Shown here: in pieces, positions 29,950 to 38,819 of the stretch
How positions within the stretch are numbered: position 1 is the first letter of the stretch
Layout of the letters: every line of letters starts with the position of its first letter
NCBI GenBank assembly: GCA_965248055.1
Contig: CBDFIJ010000004.1
Location: forward strand, 2,720,001 to 2,784,000
DNA length: 64,000 nt
Direction of reading: 5' to 3'
Source: Candidatus Multivoradales bacterium
GTDB lineage: Bacteria > Acidobacteriota > Thermoanaerobaculia > Multivoradales > JAHEKO01
Program-made: the position numbers and the translations under genes
The notes under the pieces: model-generated
What the model saw: only the letters and a program-made list of their open reading frames with translations
What the model was told of the DNA's origin: nothing
The model's database searches: none

Positions 29950-30840
29950 GTGAGGTTTTTGTTTGCCTGTGCCGTTTTGGTAGCTGGTAGCGCTGGCGCT
30001 GCCGAAGCCCCTGCTTTGGTGCTTCAAGAGGGCAGTGTCGCGCGCAGCGAACTGGTCGCAGTCGGTCGGGATCTGGTCGTTGAGGGCCACGCTCGGGCTG
30101 ATGTTGCGGTGGTTCGAGGCTCGGTCACCGTGCGCGGCCGTGTAGAGGGAGATGTCATCGCTCTGGGCGGTGATGTTTTGTTGTTGTCGACCGCATCGGT
30201 CGGAGGTAACGTTCAGGCTTTGGGTGGGGTGGTGAAATTGGAGCCAGGAGCCAAAGCTTGGGGCCGTGTCGCCGCCTATCCGGGTGCCAATCCGACTCTG
30301 TTGGGATTGATCGATGGCCCTATCATGGCGGATTCGTGGTGGAGTCCTGAGGTGATCGCCCTGAAGCTGGGTTTAATTGCAGCATGGCTCTTGTGGGCAT
30401 CACTGTGCGGCCTATTCCTGCCACGTGCTTTGCGCCGAACAGCACTTGCGTTTACCCGTGGACCGGTTCGCCTGTTCGGAATTGGTGTGGGATTAGTCGC
30501 AACCTCATTTCTACTGATCCTTCTGGCCGTTGCAGTCTTACCGATTGCCGCCTCGTTGCCGCTGGTGTTACTGGCGGTTTTCTTGATCTTTGCACTCAAG
30601 TTGTGGGGCGTCGCCGCCTTGTCTTTGGTGGTGGGAAGGACGTTGGCGAAGAGAATCAAGCGACCCTTGCCGCTCATCTTAGGGCCGCTGTTGGTGGGCG
30701 CCTTGGCGATCAATCTTCTGCGCTTGGTTCCGGTGGTCGGATTTGTTGCTTGGATACTTTTTTCCTTGGTCGCGGTCGGTGCAGCGGCGCTAGATCTCCT
30801 CAGCCAACATCGGCAGTCATGGTCGCCCGAGAGCGGATAG
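29950..30840 (+). CDS. Membrane protein with N-terminal bactofilin-like beta-helix repeats
   Basis: Signal peptide, G.V.V.G.V.GDV repeats and about five C-terminal TM helices. Confidence 0.75.
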   Translation: MRFLFACAVLVAGSAGAAEAPALVLQEGSVARSELVAVGRDLVVEGHARADVAVVRGSVTVRGRVEGDVIALGGDVLLLSTASVGGNVQALGGVVKLEPGAKAWGRVAAYPGANPTLLGLIDGPIMADSWWSPEVIALKLGLIAAWLLWASLCGLFLPRALRRTALAFTRGPVRLFGIGVGLVATSFLLILLAVAVLPIAASLPLVLLAVFLIFALKLWGVAALSLVVGRTLAKRIKRPLPLILGPLLVGALAINLLRLVPVVGFVAWILFSLVAVGAAALDLLSQHRQSWSPESG

Positions 30841-30922
30841 GATCGAAGTCCTAGGAACGGCAGGTCGGCCTTACAGTCTGCTCGCGGGGCCTGCACAGCC
30901 TGGGTGATAAGGAACAGCGACC

Positions 30923-31780
30923 ATGAGCTATAAGATTAAACAAATTGGAGTCGTCGGGGCAGGAACCATGGGGGCCGGCATCGCACAAGTGGCGTTAACG
31001 GGTGGCTACCAAGCTACTCTGGTGGATGTTGACGCTGAAGCTTTGGATCGCGGTCGATCGAGGATCCTGGCAGGGCTGGGGAAGTCGCTTGAGAAAGAAA
31101 AGCTCACCTCCGATCAAGCCGATCAAGCAACCGACCGGCTAACGACAGCGACCTCTTTGGAAGCGCTGGCCGAGGTTGATTTGGTGATCGAAGCGATCGT
31201 CGAGAAACTGGAAGTCAAGCAGACGGTGTTTCGCGATCTGGATCGAATCGTCAAAGACGGCGGCATCCTGGCCAGCAATACCAGCTCGATCTCGATCACC
31301 AAGCTGGCGGCGTCTACCAACCGGCCACATCAAGTCATTGGTATGCACTTTATGAATCCGGTGCCGTTGATGAAATTGGTTGAGATTATCCGCGGATTGG
31401 CCACTGATCAACAAACCTACGATCAGATTGAACAGGCGACCCGGGCGATGGGGAAGACGCCGGTCGAGGTCAACGATTCGCCTGGGTTTGTTTCCAACCG
31501 AGTCTTGATGCCGATGATCAACGAGGCGGCTTTCTGCCTCTTTGAGGGAGTCGGAGAGCCGGAGGCGATTGACGAGGTGATGCGACTGGGGATGAATCAC
31601 CCACTGGGCCCTCTTGCACTCGCCGACTTGATCGGCCTCGACGTGTGTGTCGATATTCTTCGGGTTCTGCACCGTGAGTTTGCTGATTCAAAGTATCGTC
31701 CCTGTCCACTGTTGGTGAAGTTGGTTGACGCTGGCCGCTTGGGGCGAAAGAGTGGTCACGGTTTTTATCAATACGGCTAG
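30923..31780 (+). CDS. hbd: 3-hydroxybutyryl-CoA dehydrogenase
   Basis: [23 protein letters not shown] and GRKSGHGFY motifs. Confidence 0.93.
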   Translation: MSYKIKQIGVVGAGTMGAGIAQVALTGGYQATLVDVDAEALDRGRSRILAGLGKSLEKEKLTSDQADQATDRLTTATSLEALAEVDLVIEAIVEKLEVKQTVFRDLDRIVKDGGILASNTSSISITKLAASTNRPHQVIGMHFMNPVPLMKLVEIIRGLATDQQTYDQIEQATRAMGKTPVEVNDSPGFVSNRVLMPMINEAAFCLFEGVGEPEAIDEVMRLGMNHPLGPLALADLIGLDVCVDILRVLHREFADSKYRPCPLLVKLVDAGRLGRKSGHGFYQYG

Positions 31781-31784
31781 CTCG

Positions 31785-33566
31785 GTGATCTTCTGTCAAC
31801 ACTGCAGTGCGGAGAACGCGATCGACGAGTCGTCGTGTTCGCGCTGTGGCAAGAAACTATTGGTGATCTCAACCCAGGGTAGGGAAGGCCGGACCGTCAG
31901 TCAGAACCGAGAGGGAGGCACGCTCGAAGAGCACTTAGTGGAGAGGGTCTCTTTGCTAGAAGAAGCCCTGCGAGCGACCGTGGGCGGATTGCAACGGAGC
32001 GTAGTTGCTTTGCGTCGGTTGGAGCGAGCGAACTTAGTCGGGCAGGCAGGTTTGGCGGCGATCGAGGAGGTACTCGCTAACCGCGGAGTGGTTGCGCCTG
32101 AAGAGTTTCGAGAGGCGTGGAATGAACATCTACGTGAAGGTTTATTGGCGGCTGAGAAACACCAAGCTTTGGAGGACCGCCGGGACTTGATCGCTGCCGA
32201 TTTCGCAGGAGAAGAACCAGAGTTGTTCCAGGTTCGGCTCGACGAAGCCTCCGAAGCGTTCGCCGTGTTTGACCTCGACGGTGCGCTTGAATACCTAGAT
32301 CAGGCGCTGCAATTGGACGCGAACAATCCGCAGTTGGCGGCGCTGGCTGGTGAACTCCATTTCCTTTCGGGCCGATCGTCACGCGCTCTTGAGCGATTTG
32401 ATGGCGCCTTGGTTCGAGATCCGGAGCAATATGAGGCGTTGGTCTACTCGGGCGTTTTGCTCCACGAAGCGAGCAGTTCAGCTTCCGCACGCCAACGGCT
32501 GCGGCGGGCTGTGGAACTGAAACCCGAAGAATTCCTGGGATGGTTGGGTCTCGGCTCTCTTTGCTTGGACCGCGGAGACCTTCGCGAGGCTTCGGTCTAT
32601 CTCGAAAGAGCCCTGGAATTGGACCGGGTGCCAACCGCACTTGGGTTGTTGGGGCAAGCGTATCGGCGGATGGGTAAGTTCGGCCGGGCAGCCACCATGC
32701 TGGAAGAAGCGGTACGCATGGATCCGACCGCTGATGAGTTCTTGTATGAACTGGGGCGAAGCTATGTGGCGCGTGGGTGGGGCAAGAAAGGGCAAGAAAC
32801 GCTCACCGCTGCACTGAGCCTCAACCCCGCAGGGCATCACTATGGAGTGTTGGCTGACAGCCTACCCGCACCGGATGCGGGCATTTGGCAGTCGCCGTTG
32901 CAGCGGGCCACCGAATTTTCGAACGCGGGGCATTTTTCTGATGCTCGCCGGCTTGCTGAGCGGGTACTGTTGCGTTGCCATCAGGCTGGTCCACTGTCGA
33001 AAGCGGGGGCCTTGATGATTGAGTCGCTGCGCGCCGAGGGCCGGTTGCAAGAAGGTGTGGATTGGGCGGAGAAACTGCTCGAACTGGACGACCCATTGGC
33101 CCAGTTTGTCGCCAATTACGAGATCGCGCTTAATTTGGCGGAATTGGAAGAAGACCTAGACCGAGCGTTGGCTGCCGCCAGACGGGGGACGGAGATTGAG
33201 GTTCCTGAGCTTCGCGCTCAGGCGGTGGCTGCCCTGGGTTGGGTCCACTACAAGCGCAATGAGTTGGATCAGGCGCTCACGTTGTTGCACAGTGCGGTCG
33301 AGATGGGTGGGCACGTGCTGCATCTGAAATTCCTCGGAATCGTGCAGTCGGCCAGGGGCGAGACTGAATTGGCAGCGGGCTATTTGGATGAGGCGGAAGT
33401 GCAGGCTGGTGGTGTGTCGCACGGTGAGCGTCTACTCAGGGACCAGTTATTGGACCGGAAACGGTTATCAATTACCGAAAGCGAGGCAGATCGTGCCGTT
33501 GTCGGCCAACAGGCGCTAGGATTGCCAGCCGGAGAACGGACCATCGGACGCCGCGGTCACGAATAA
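31785..33566 (+). CDS. Zinc-ribbon, coiled-coil and TPR protein
   Basis: CQHC...CSRC N-terminus followed by many TPR units. GTG start at 31785. Confidence 0.82.
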   Translation: MIFCQHCSAENAIDESSCSRCGKKLLVISTQGREGRTVSQNREGGTLEEHLVERVSLLEEALRATVGGLQRSVVALRRLERANLVGQAGLAAIEEVLANRGVVAPEEFREAWNEHLREGLLAAEKHQALEDRRDLIAADFAGEEPELFQVRLDEASEAFAVFDLDGALEYLDQALQLDANNPQLAALAGELHFLSGRSSRALERFDGALVRDPEQYEALVYSGVLLHEASSSASARQRLRRAVELKPEEFLGWLGLGSLCLDRGDLREASVYLERALELDRVPTALGLLGQAYRRMGKFGRAATMLEEAVRMDPTADEFLYELGRSYVARGWGKKGQETLTAALSLNPAGHHYGVLADSLPAPDAGIWQSPLQRATEFSNAGHFSDARRLAERVLLRCHQAGPLSKAGALMIESLRAEGRLQEGVDWAEKLLELDDPLAQFVANYEIALNLAELEEDLDRALAAARRGTEIEVPELRAQAVAALGWVHYKRNELDQALTLLHSAVEMGGHVLHLKFLGIVQSARGETELAAGYLDEAEVQAGGVSHGERLLRDQLLDRKRLSITESEADRAVVGQQALGLPAGERTIGRRGHE

Positions 33567-33574
33567 GGAAGACA

Positions 33575-35287
33575 ATGCGTTGGACCAACTACTACTTGTA
33601 CACCTTGCGCGAGGCTCCAGCCGACGCAGATGTCGCAAGCCATCAGTTGATGGTGCGGGCGGGGATGATTCGTAAGGTCGCCGCTGGCATCTATAGCTAT
33701 CTGCCACTGGGCTGGCGGACTATCCGCAAAATGGAAGCGATCGTTCGCCGAGAGATGGAGCGTGCCGGGTCCGCTGAACTGCTGATGCCCGCGGTGCACC
33801 CGGCAGAGCTCTGGAAAGAGACCGATCGCTGGGACATCTACGGCGGGCTGCTTCTGCGTATGCAGGATCGTCAGGGTCGCGATTTTTGCTTCGGACCGAC
33901 CCACGAGGAAGTGGTCACCGATATCGTTCGCCGGGACATCAGCAGCTATCGACAACTACCGCGCAACCTATTTCAGATTCAGACCAAGTTTCGCGATGAG
34001 ATTCGTCCTCGGTTCGGCTTGATGCGTGGTCGGGAATTCGTCATGAAGGACGCCTATTCGTTCCACGCCACGCAAGAGTCGCTGATGGAGACCTACGCGG
34101 GGATGCGCGATGCATACTGCAGGATCGTCGAAGCGTGTGGTTTGGAGTACACCATGGTCGAAGCCGATAGCGGATCGATCGGTGGCGCCTCGTCGCACGA
34201 GTTCATGGTCCTGGCGGAGACCGGTGAAGATGCGGTGGCGCGCTGCGCGCAATGCGGATACGGAGCTAATGTGGAAAAGGCGGTGATTGGCGAGTTGGAG
34301 GTTGGGGCACAACAAGATCTGCGTGCTGCACAACTTCTGGATACTCCTGACTTGACCAGTGTTGAGGCGGTGGCGTCTTTTCTGGATCGACCGGTCACCG
34401 AGTTCGTTAAGACCTTGGTCTACAAAGCTGACGCGGAGTTCGTCGCGGTATTTGTTCGTGGTGACCGGGAAGTGAATGAAGTCAAGTTGAAGAATCTCTT
34501 GGATGCGCGCCAGTTGCGGCTTGCTTCAGAAGCAGACGTTGAACGTGAGACCGGGGCCCCGGTTGGCTTTGCCGGACCAGTTGGATTGGCGTCGGGGCTG
34601 CGTAAGATCGCCGATCGTAGCGTCGAGGCGATAGCCAATTTTGTTTGCGGCGGCAACCAGCGGGATAAGCACTGGATCGACGTCAACTGGGGTGTAGACG
34701 CTGAGTTGCCCGAGGTGGCGGATCTTCTCCTGGCTGGTGCAGGAGACCCTTGTCCGCGCTGCGAGGGCCGCTTTGAGATCCATCGCGGTATTGAGGTGGG
34801 ACATATCTTTGACTTGGGTACCAAGTACTCATCGGCAATGAAGTGCGACTTTGTCAACGCAGATAGCGAAACCAAAAACATGATCATGGGGTGCTATGGC
34901 TTCGGCGTGACGCGAACAGTTGCTGCGGCGATTGAACAGAACCACGATCAAGATGGAATCATTTGGCCCGCGGCGATTGCTCCTTTTGAGGTCCTGGTTT
35001 CTTTCCTGGGACATCAAGACGAAGCGGTCCGCGCCGCCGCCGACAACCTCTATCAAGCATTGCTCGATGCCGGTATCGACGTGCTCTACGACGATCGAAA
35101 AGAGCGACCCGGAGTCAAATTCAAGGATGCCGACCTGATCGGCATTCCTTTGCGATTGGTGGTGGGCGCCAAGTCGCTCGCCGAGGGTAATGTCGAAATG
35201 TCTAGCCGGCGCGATCGAGAACGAGAGTTGGTGCCGGTGGAGTCGGTGGTCGAAACTGTGGTTGCGCGGGTCCAAGGCGCCGCGTAA
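33575..35287 (+). CDS. proS: Proline-tRNA ligase (with INS editing domain)
   Basis: GPTHEE, FRDEIRPRFGLMRGREF, GIEVGHIF and MGCYG motifs. Confidence 0.98.
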   Translation: MRWTNYYLYTLREAPADADVASHQLMVRAGMIRKVAAGIYSYLPLGWRTIRKMEAIVRREMERAGSAELLMPAVHPAELWKETDRWDIYGGLLLRMQDRQGRDFCFGPTHEEVVTDIVRRDISSYRQLPRNLFQIQTKFRDEIRPRFGLMRGREFVMKDAYSFHATQESLMETYAGMRDAYCRIVEACGLEYTMVEADSGSIGGASSHEFMVLAETGEDAVARCAQCGYGANVEKAVIGELEVGAQQDLRAAQLLDTPDLTSVEAVASFLDRPVTEFVKTLVYKADAEFVAVFVRGDREVNEVKLKNLLDARQLRLASEADVERETGAPVGFAGPVGLASGLRKIADRSVEAIANFVCGGNQRDKHWIDVNWGVDAELPEVADLLLAGAGDPCPRCEGRFEIHRGIEVGHIFDLGTKYSSAMKCDFVNADSETKNMIMGCYGFGVTRTVAAAIEQNHDQDGIIWPAAIAPFEVLVSFLGHQDEAVRAAADNLYQALLDAGIDVLYDDRKERPGVKFKDADLIGIPLRLVVGAKSLAEGNVEMSSRRDRERELVPVESVVETVVARVQGAA

Positions 35288-35359
35288 TCATCGGATCCCA
35301 CACCAAGAACTGGTTTAGAAATCTGCTGAGTTTTTGAAGTTCAGTCGGATGTAGCGCCG

Positions 35360-36712
35360 CTACTCGGCGTGCGAATCGTCATTGGTTTCGCCGTTGACCG
35401 AGCGCCGAACCCTCAAGGTTTGAATCCGGTTGCCGTCAATCTCGACCACTTTGAAGGTAAGCGGTCCAACCACCACTTCGTCGCCAACCTTGGCTTGACG
35501 CCCTAGGTCCGATAAGACCACTCCGCCAATCGTGGCTTCGTCGCGGTGGTCGACCTCCATGTCGATCTCATCTTCCAGGTCTTCGATCAACATCGCTCCG
35601 GCAACTTCCCACAAGTTTTCGGCTCGTTGCACCATCTCCGGCGGCTCGAGGTCGAACTCATCTTGGATCGGTCCGACCAGTTCTTCGATGACGTTTTCCA
35701 TGGTCACGATGCCGGAGACGCCGCCGAATTCATCGAGCACCGCCGCCATGTGCGATTTCTCTTTGCGCATGCGCGCCAAGACTTTGTCCAAGGTCAGGCT
35801 TTCGGTGACGAACCCCATCGGCCGTTTAACCCGTTCCAGAGAATCAGGTTGCTGGCCCAAACGGAAGATGTCTTTGATGTGGATCATGCCGATGACGGTA
35901 TCCAGTCCGTTTTGACACAGCGGAAAACGGGTGTGTCCACTTTCACGCGCTCGTTGCATGGCTTCGTCAACCGAGTCTTTGGCGTCAAAGAAAACTACTT
36001 CGGGACGAGGGATCATCACTTGCCGAGCGGTTCGATGCGAGAGCTCGAAGACGTTGTCGAGAATTTCGCGTTTGTCCTCCGACAGTTCGCTGGCTTGATC
36101 GGAAGAGAGCAAGAGTCTGACCTCCTCCTCGCTGTGAGCTAGCTCTGAGTCCGAAATCGGTGGAACGCCGACCAAACGTAAAAGCAAGTTGGCTGCGTGA
36201 TTGAGCAGCCAAATTGCCGGATAGGAAGCTCGGTAGAAGGCCCACATGGGTAGCGCAATCCATAGGCTGACCGGTTCCGGTTTCCGGATCGCAATCGACT
36301 TCGGAGCGAGTTCGCCGACCACAATGTGCAGCGTGGTAATTGCCAGGAAAGCGCCCACCAGCGCCACGGTATGTAATGTGGTCTCCGTCATTCCTGGAAT
36401 CCAGCTCACTAGGGGCCGAATGATGTGGGCGAAAGCGGGCTCGCCGATCCAACCCAAGGCTAGGCTGGCAAGGGTGATCCCCACTTGTGACGCGGATAGG
36501 TATGCGTCCAGGTCACGCGTCATCTCACGAGCGATCTTGGCCCTGCGGTTGCCAGCGGCGACCAATGGGTCCAACTGGGTTCCACGTACCTTGACCAGAG
36601 CGAACTCGGCGGCGACAAAAAACCCGTTGACGGCTACCAGTAGCAGACCTAGAGCGAGGCCAACGCCAGGAGAAATGTCGAATGCGAATGGAGAAGCTTC
36701 AGCGCTGGACAT
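35360..36712 (-). CDS. CNNM/CorC (hemolysin-family) Mg2+ transporter with DUF21, CBS and CorC domains
   Basis: NGFFVAAEFALV, GELAPKS, HTRFP and DEFGG...TMENVIEELVG motifs. Confidence 0.93.
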   Translation of the reverse strand: MSSAEASPFAFDISPGVGLALGLLLVAVNGFFVAAEFALVKVRGTQLDPLVAAGNRRAKIAREMTRDLDAYLSASQVGITLASLALGWIGEPAFAHIIRPLVSWIPGMTETTLHTVALVGAFLAITTLHIVVGELAPKSIAIRKPEPVSLWIALPMWAFYRASYPAIWLLNHAANLLLRLVGVPPISDSELAHSEEEVRLLLSSDQASELSEDKREILDNVFELSHRTARQVMIPRPEVVFFDAKDSVDEAMQRARESGHTRFPLCQNGLDTVIGMIHIKDIFRLGQQPDSLERVKRPMGFVTESLTLDKVLARMRKEKSHMAAVLDEFGGVSGIVTMENVIEELVGPIQDEFDLEPPEMVQRAENLWEVAGAMLIEDLEDEIDMEVDHRDEATIGGVVLSDLGRQAKVGDEVVVGPLTFKVVEIDGNRIQTLRVRRSVNGETNDDSHAE

Positions 36713-36715
36713 AGA

Positions 36716-36802
36716 TTATCGGTGGCAACGTCCAGCCTTGGGGCCTGTTGACGGGGAACAACTGAAGCTGCGGTGGAGGTATCTAGGGGCGGGGTCGTCC
36801 AT
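36716..36802 (-). CDS. Putative 28-aa leader peptide MDDPAPRYLHRSFSCSPSTGPKAGRCHR
   Basis: In frame with the CNNM gene (TAA-TCT-ATG junction). A TG-T-TATTCT -10-like box lies 11 nt upstream. Confidence 0.45.
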   Translation of the reverse strand: MDDPAPRYLHRSFSCSPSTGPKAGRCHR

Positions 36803-36859
36803 GGGGTAGCGGGAGAATAACAGAAGCGAACCGTTGTGGAAGGTGCAAGCGGAGCGGGC

Positions 36860-37894
36860 TTAGTCTTGCGCCGAGGGATAGAGCGCTCGCCAAACTCCTC
36901 CCAAGTTTTCGTCCTCGGTGGCGAACGATAGAGGAGCCAGTGGCAGATGATCGGGCCCCGCCGAGAGTGCTTCGACCTTGAACCCCTCCAGGGTCCAAGC
37001 CACGGTCGGGTCGGCGATGACGTCAATCGGAAATTGCAAACTGGGATCAATCTTGGCCACGGCATAGATCAACGAGCGAAACGGGCCGTCATCGCCCGCG
37101 TCTTCACTGGCGACCGCCCACAAAATTCCCTCTGGATCCAGATAGAGGTCGGCGATATCGCGCTTGCTCTCCGGCGATACCCAACCTCCCGGCGCCGACA
37201 CCATGACTCCAGAGAGCCCGGTGAGCGACCAGTGCAACGCGCTTCGCTCGGGTGCGAAAGTCGCCCAGCGCAAACTGCCTTCGGGGTTGTGGCGGGTGCC
37301 GCCGCGTTCCCCCAGAATTACCAGCACGCGTCCTGAAGCGTCTGCGACGCAGGCGATGCCCTCGAAGTTATCGCCGATGGTGTTGGGGTCGTTGTCGGCC
37401 AGATTGGGGATCGGCAGTGCTCGGATCACGGTCGCGGTATCGCCTTCCACGCGAACATGAAACAACCTGCCGTAGCGCCCTTCCCAGGTGCCGCTCTCGG
37501 CAACCAGGGCTTCGTTGTCTCGCCCCGGTAAGGCGCAGGCGCTCTCTAGGTCGCTGGCGCGTCCGCCCTCGTGCAGCCAGTCGGTCGCCGCCAGGGGCTG
37601 GTAGACCGGTCCGTTTTCTCCACCGACGGTGATCAACCCCAAGCGCGCATTATCGCGGTGGGCTTTGGTGTCATGCACCACCAGGTAGCGATCCTCGGCG
37701 ATTTTCGCCATGCCGCTGTAGCCGTTGGCCAAGCTGAGAGGAAGTGTGGCGCTCTGAGTGGTGTCCGAGACCTCAACGTCCAGTTCTTTGATCGGTTTCT
37801 TGACCACCGGCTGATCGGAGGGGAGAACGGTGGCGCATCCGGTGGCGGCGAGCAAGCAAATAGCGAATGCGAGAAAGGAACGACTACGACGCAT
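36860..37894 (-). CDS. Uncharacterised lipoprotein, possible beta-propeller
   Basis: Lipobox ATGC and blade-like motifs YSGMA, DLESA, NFEGIA, DIADL and KVEAL. Confidence 0.7.
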   Translation of the reverse strand: MRRSRSFLAFAICLLAATGCATVLPSDQPVVKKPIKELDVEVSDTTQSATLPLSLANGYSGMAKIAEDRYLVVHDTKAHRDNARLGLITVGGENGPVYQPLAATDWLHEGGRASDLESACALPGRDNEALVAESGTWEGRYGRLFHVRVEGDTATVIRALPIPNLADNDPNTIGDNFEGIACVADASGRVLVILGERGGTRHNPEGSLRWATFAPERSALHWSLTGLSGVMVSAPGGWVSPESKRDIADLYLDPEGILWAVASEDAGDDGPFRSLIYAVAKIDPSLQFPIDVIADPTVAWTLEGFKVEALSAGPDHLPLAPLSFATEDENLGGVWRALYPSAQD

Positions 37895-38261
37895 CTTTGG
37901 GCTCCCACAATTCGACTTTGTTGCCCTCCGGATCAAGGAACCAACCAAATCGGCCGTACTCGCAATCATCGATCTCGCCCACCTGTTCGGCGCCCCCCTG
38001 CTTGACTTGCGCTAGGGCTCCGTCGAGATCATCCACCACCAGGTTGATCATGAAACTCTGCTCTGACGGCTGGAAATAGTCGGTATCTGCGGCGAACGGC
38101 GTCCAAACCGCCATCGTACCCGCGGGAAGATCCTTGGGAGGGAGGCTGGCTCCGTAGGGATGCTCAACCGGCATCCCGAGCCACTGCTGGTACCACTCGC
38201 CCAAGCCTTTGGCGTCCTTGCTTTTGAAGAAAACTCCGCCGACGGTAATCACCTTAGCCAT
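37884..38261 (-). CDS. VOC/glyoxalase family protein
   Basis: GGVFFKS, INLVVDDL and YGRFGWFLDPEGNKVELWEP motifs. Confidence 0.92.
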   Translation of the reverse strand: MAKVITVGGVFFKSKDAKGLGEWYQQWLGMPVEHPYGASLPPKDLPAGTMAVWTPFAADTDYFQPSEQSFMINLVVDDLDGALAQVKQGGAEQVGEIDDCEYGRFGWFLDPEGNKVELWEPKDAS

Positions 38262-38419
38262 CAGTACTTCTCCTTTGTCTGAGAATGGGGCCCAATCTTA
38301 GGTTGTGGGGTCGCGTTCCATTTCTGTGAAAAGTGTAGTGCATCCCGAGCTCGGATTTTTGCATCTGCGAACCGACGATGGTGAGGGCTGCAAACTAAGA
38401 GGATCAAGGACACAAGAAG

Positions 38420-38453
38420 AAGAGGGGACACAATGAATATTGCGTCCCCTCTT
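38420..38453. repeat. REP-like palindrome, second copy
   Basis: AAGAGGGGACACAAT-gaat-ATTGCGTCCCCTCTT. Confidence 0.7.
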
Positions 38454-38468
38454 TGATGTGCCCCCGCA

Positions 38469-38498
38469 TTGACACCTGCTTGGAGCGATTGTTACGCT
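38469..38498 (+). promoter_or_regulatory. Putative sigma70 promoter of the tRNA-Val pair
   Basis: TTGACA-18 nt-TACGCT with TG extension. Confidence 0.6.
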
Positions 38499-38526
38499 GC
38501 CCGGCCCTGGTCCATGACCGGGACGG

Positions 38527-38603
38527 AGGCCCGTAGCTCAGTTGGTTAGAGCGCTACGTTGACATCGTAGAGGTCAGCGGTTCAAATCCGCTCGGGCCTA
38601 CCA
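38527..38603 (+). tRNA. tRNA-Val(GAC)
   Basis: Cloverleaf with AGGCCCG/CGGGCCT acceptor stem, CTACG-TT-GAC-AT-CGTAG anticodon arm and encoded CCA. Confidence 0.97.
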
Positions 38604-38653
38604 TCTTTTCTTGAGATCCCAGGGTCGTGGCATGGAGTCGCGACGCGGCCTGC

Positions 38654-38730
38654 AGGCGCTTAGCTCAGCTGGTTAGAGCGCTACCTTCACACGGTAGAGG
38701 TCAGCGGTTCGAGTCCGCTAGCGCCTACCA
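38654..38730 (+). tRNA. tRNA-Val(CAC)
   Basis: AGGCGCT/AGCGCCT acceptor stem, CTACC-TT-CAC-AC-GGTAG anticodon arm and encoded CCA. Confidence 0.97.
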
Positions 38731-38819
38731 CGCCCGTACTCCCTTTCCACTTCCCTTAAACTGAACTCTCTAAGGCGGTCCTGAGCGGCCGCTTATTGAC
38801 TAATAACACTGAGCTAACT

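Noticed and set aside
38527-38730. tRNA pair as a prophage or island attachment site
   Set aside because: No integrase is present and no separate tRNA 3' duplication was seen. Both copies are complete tRNAs.
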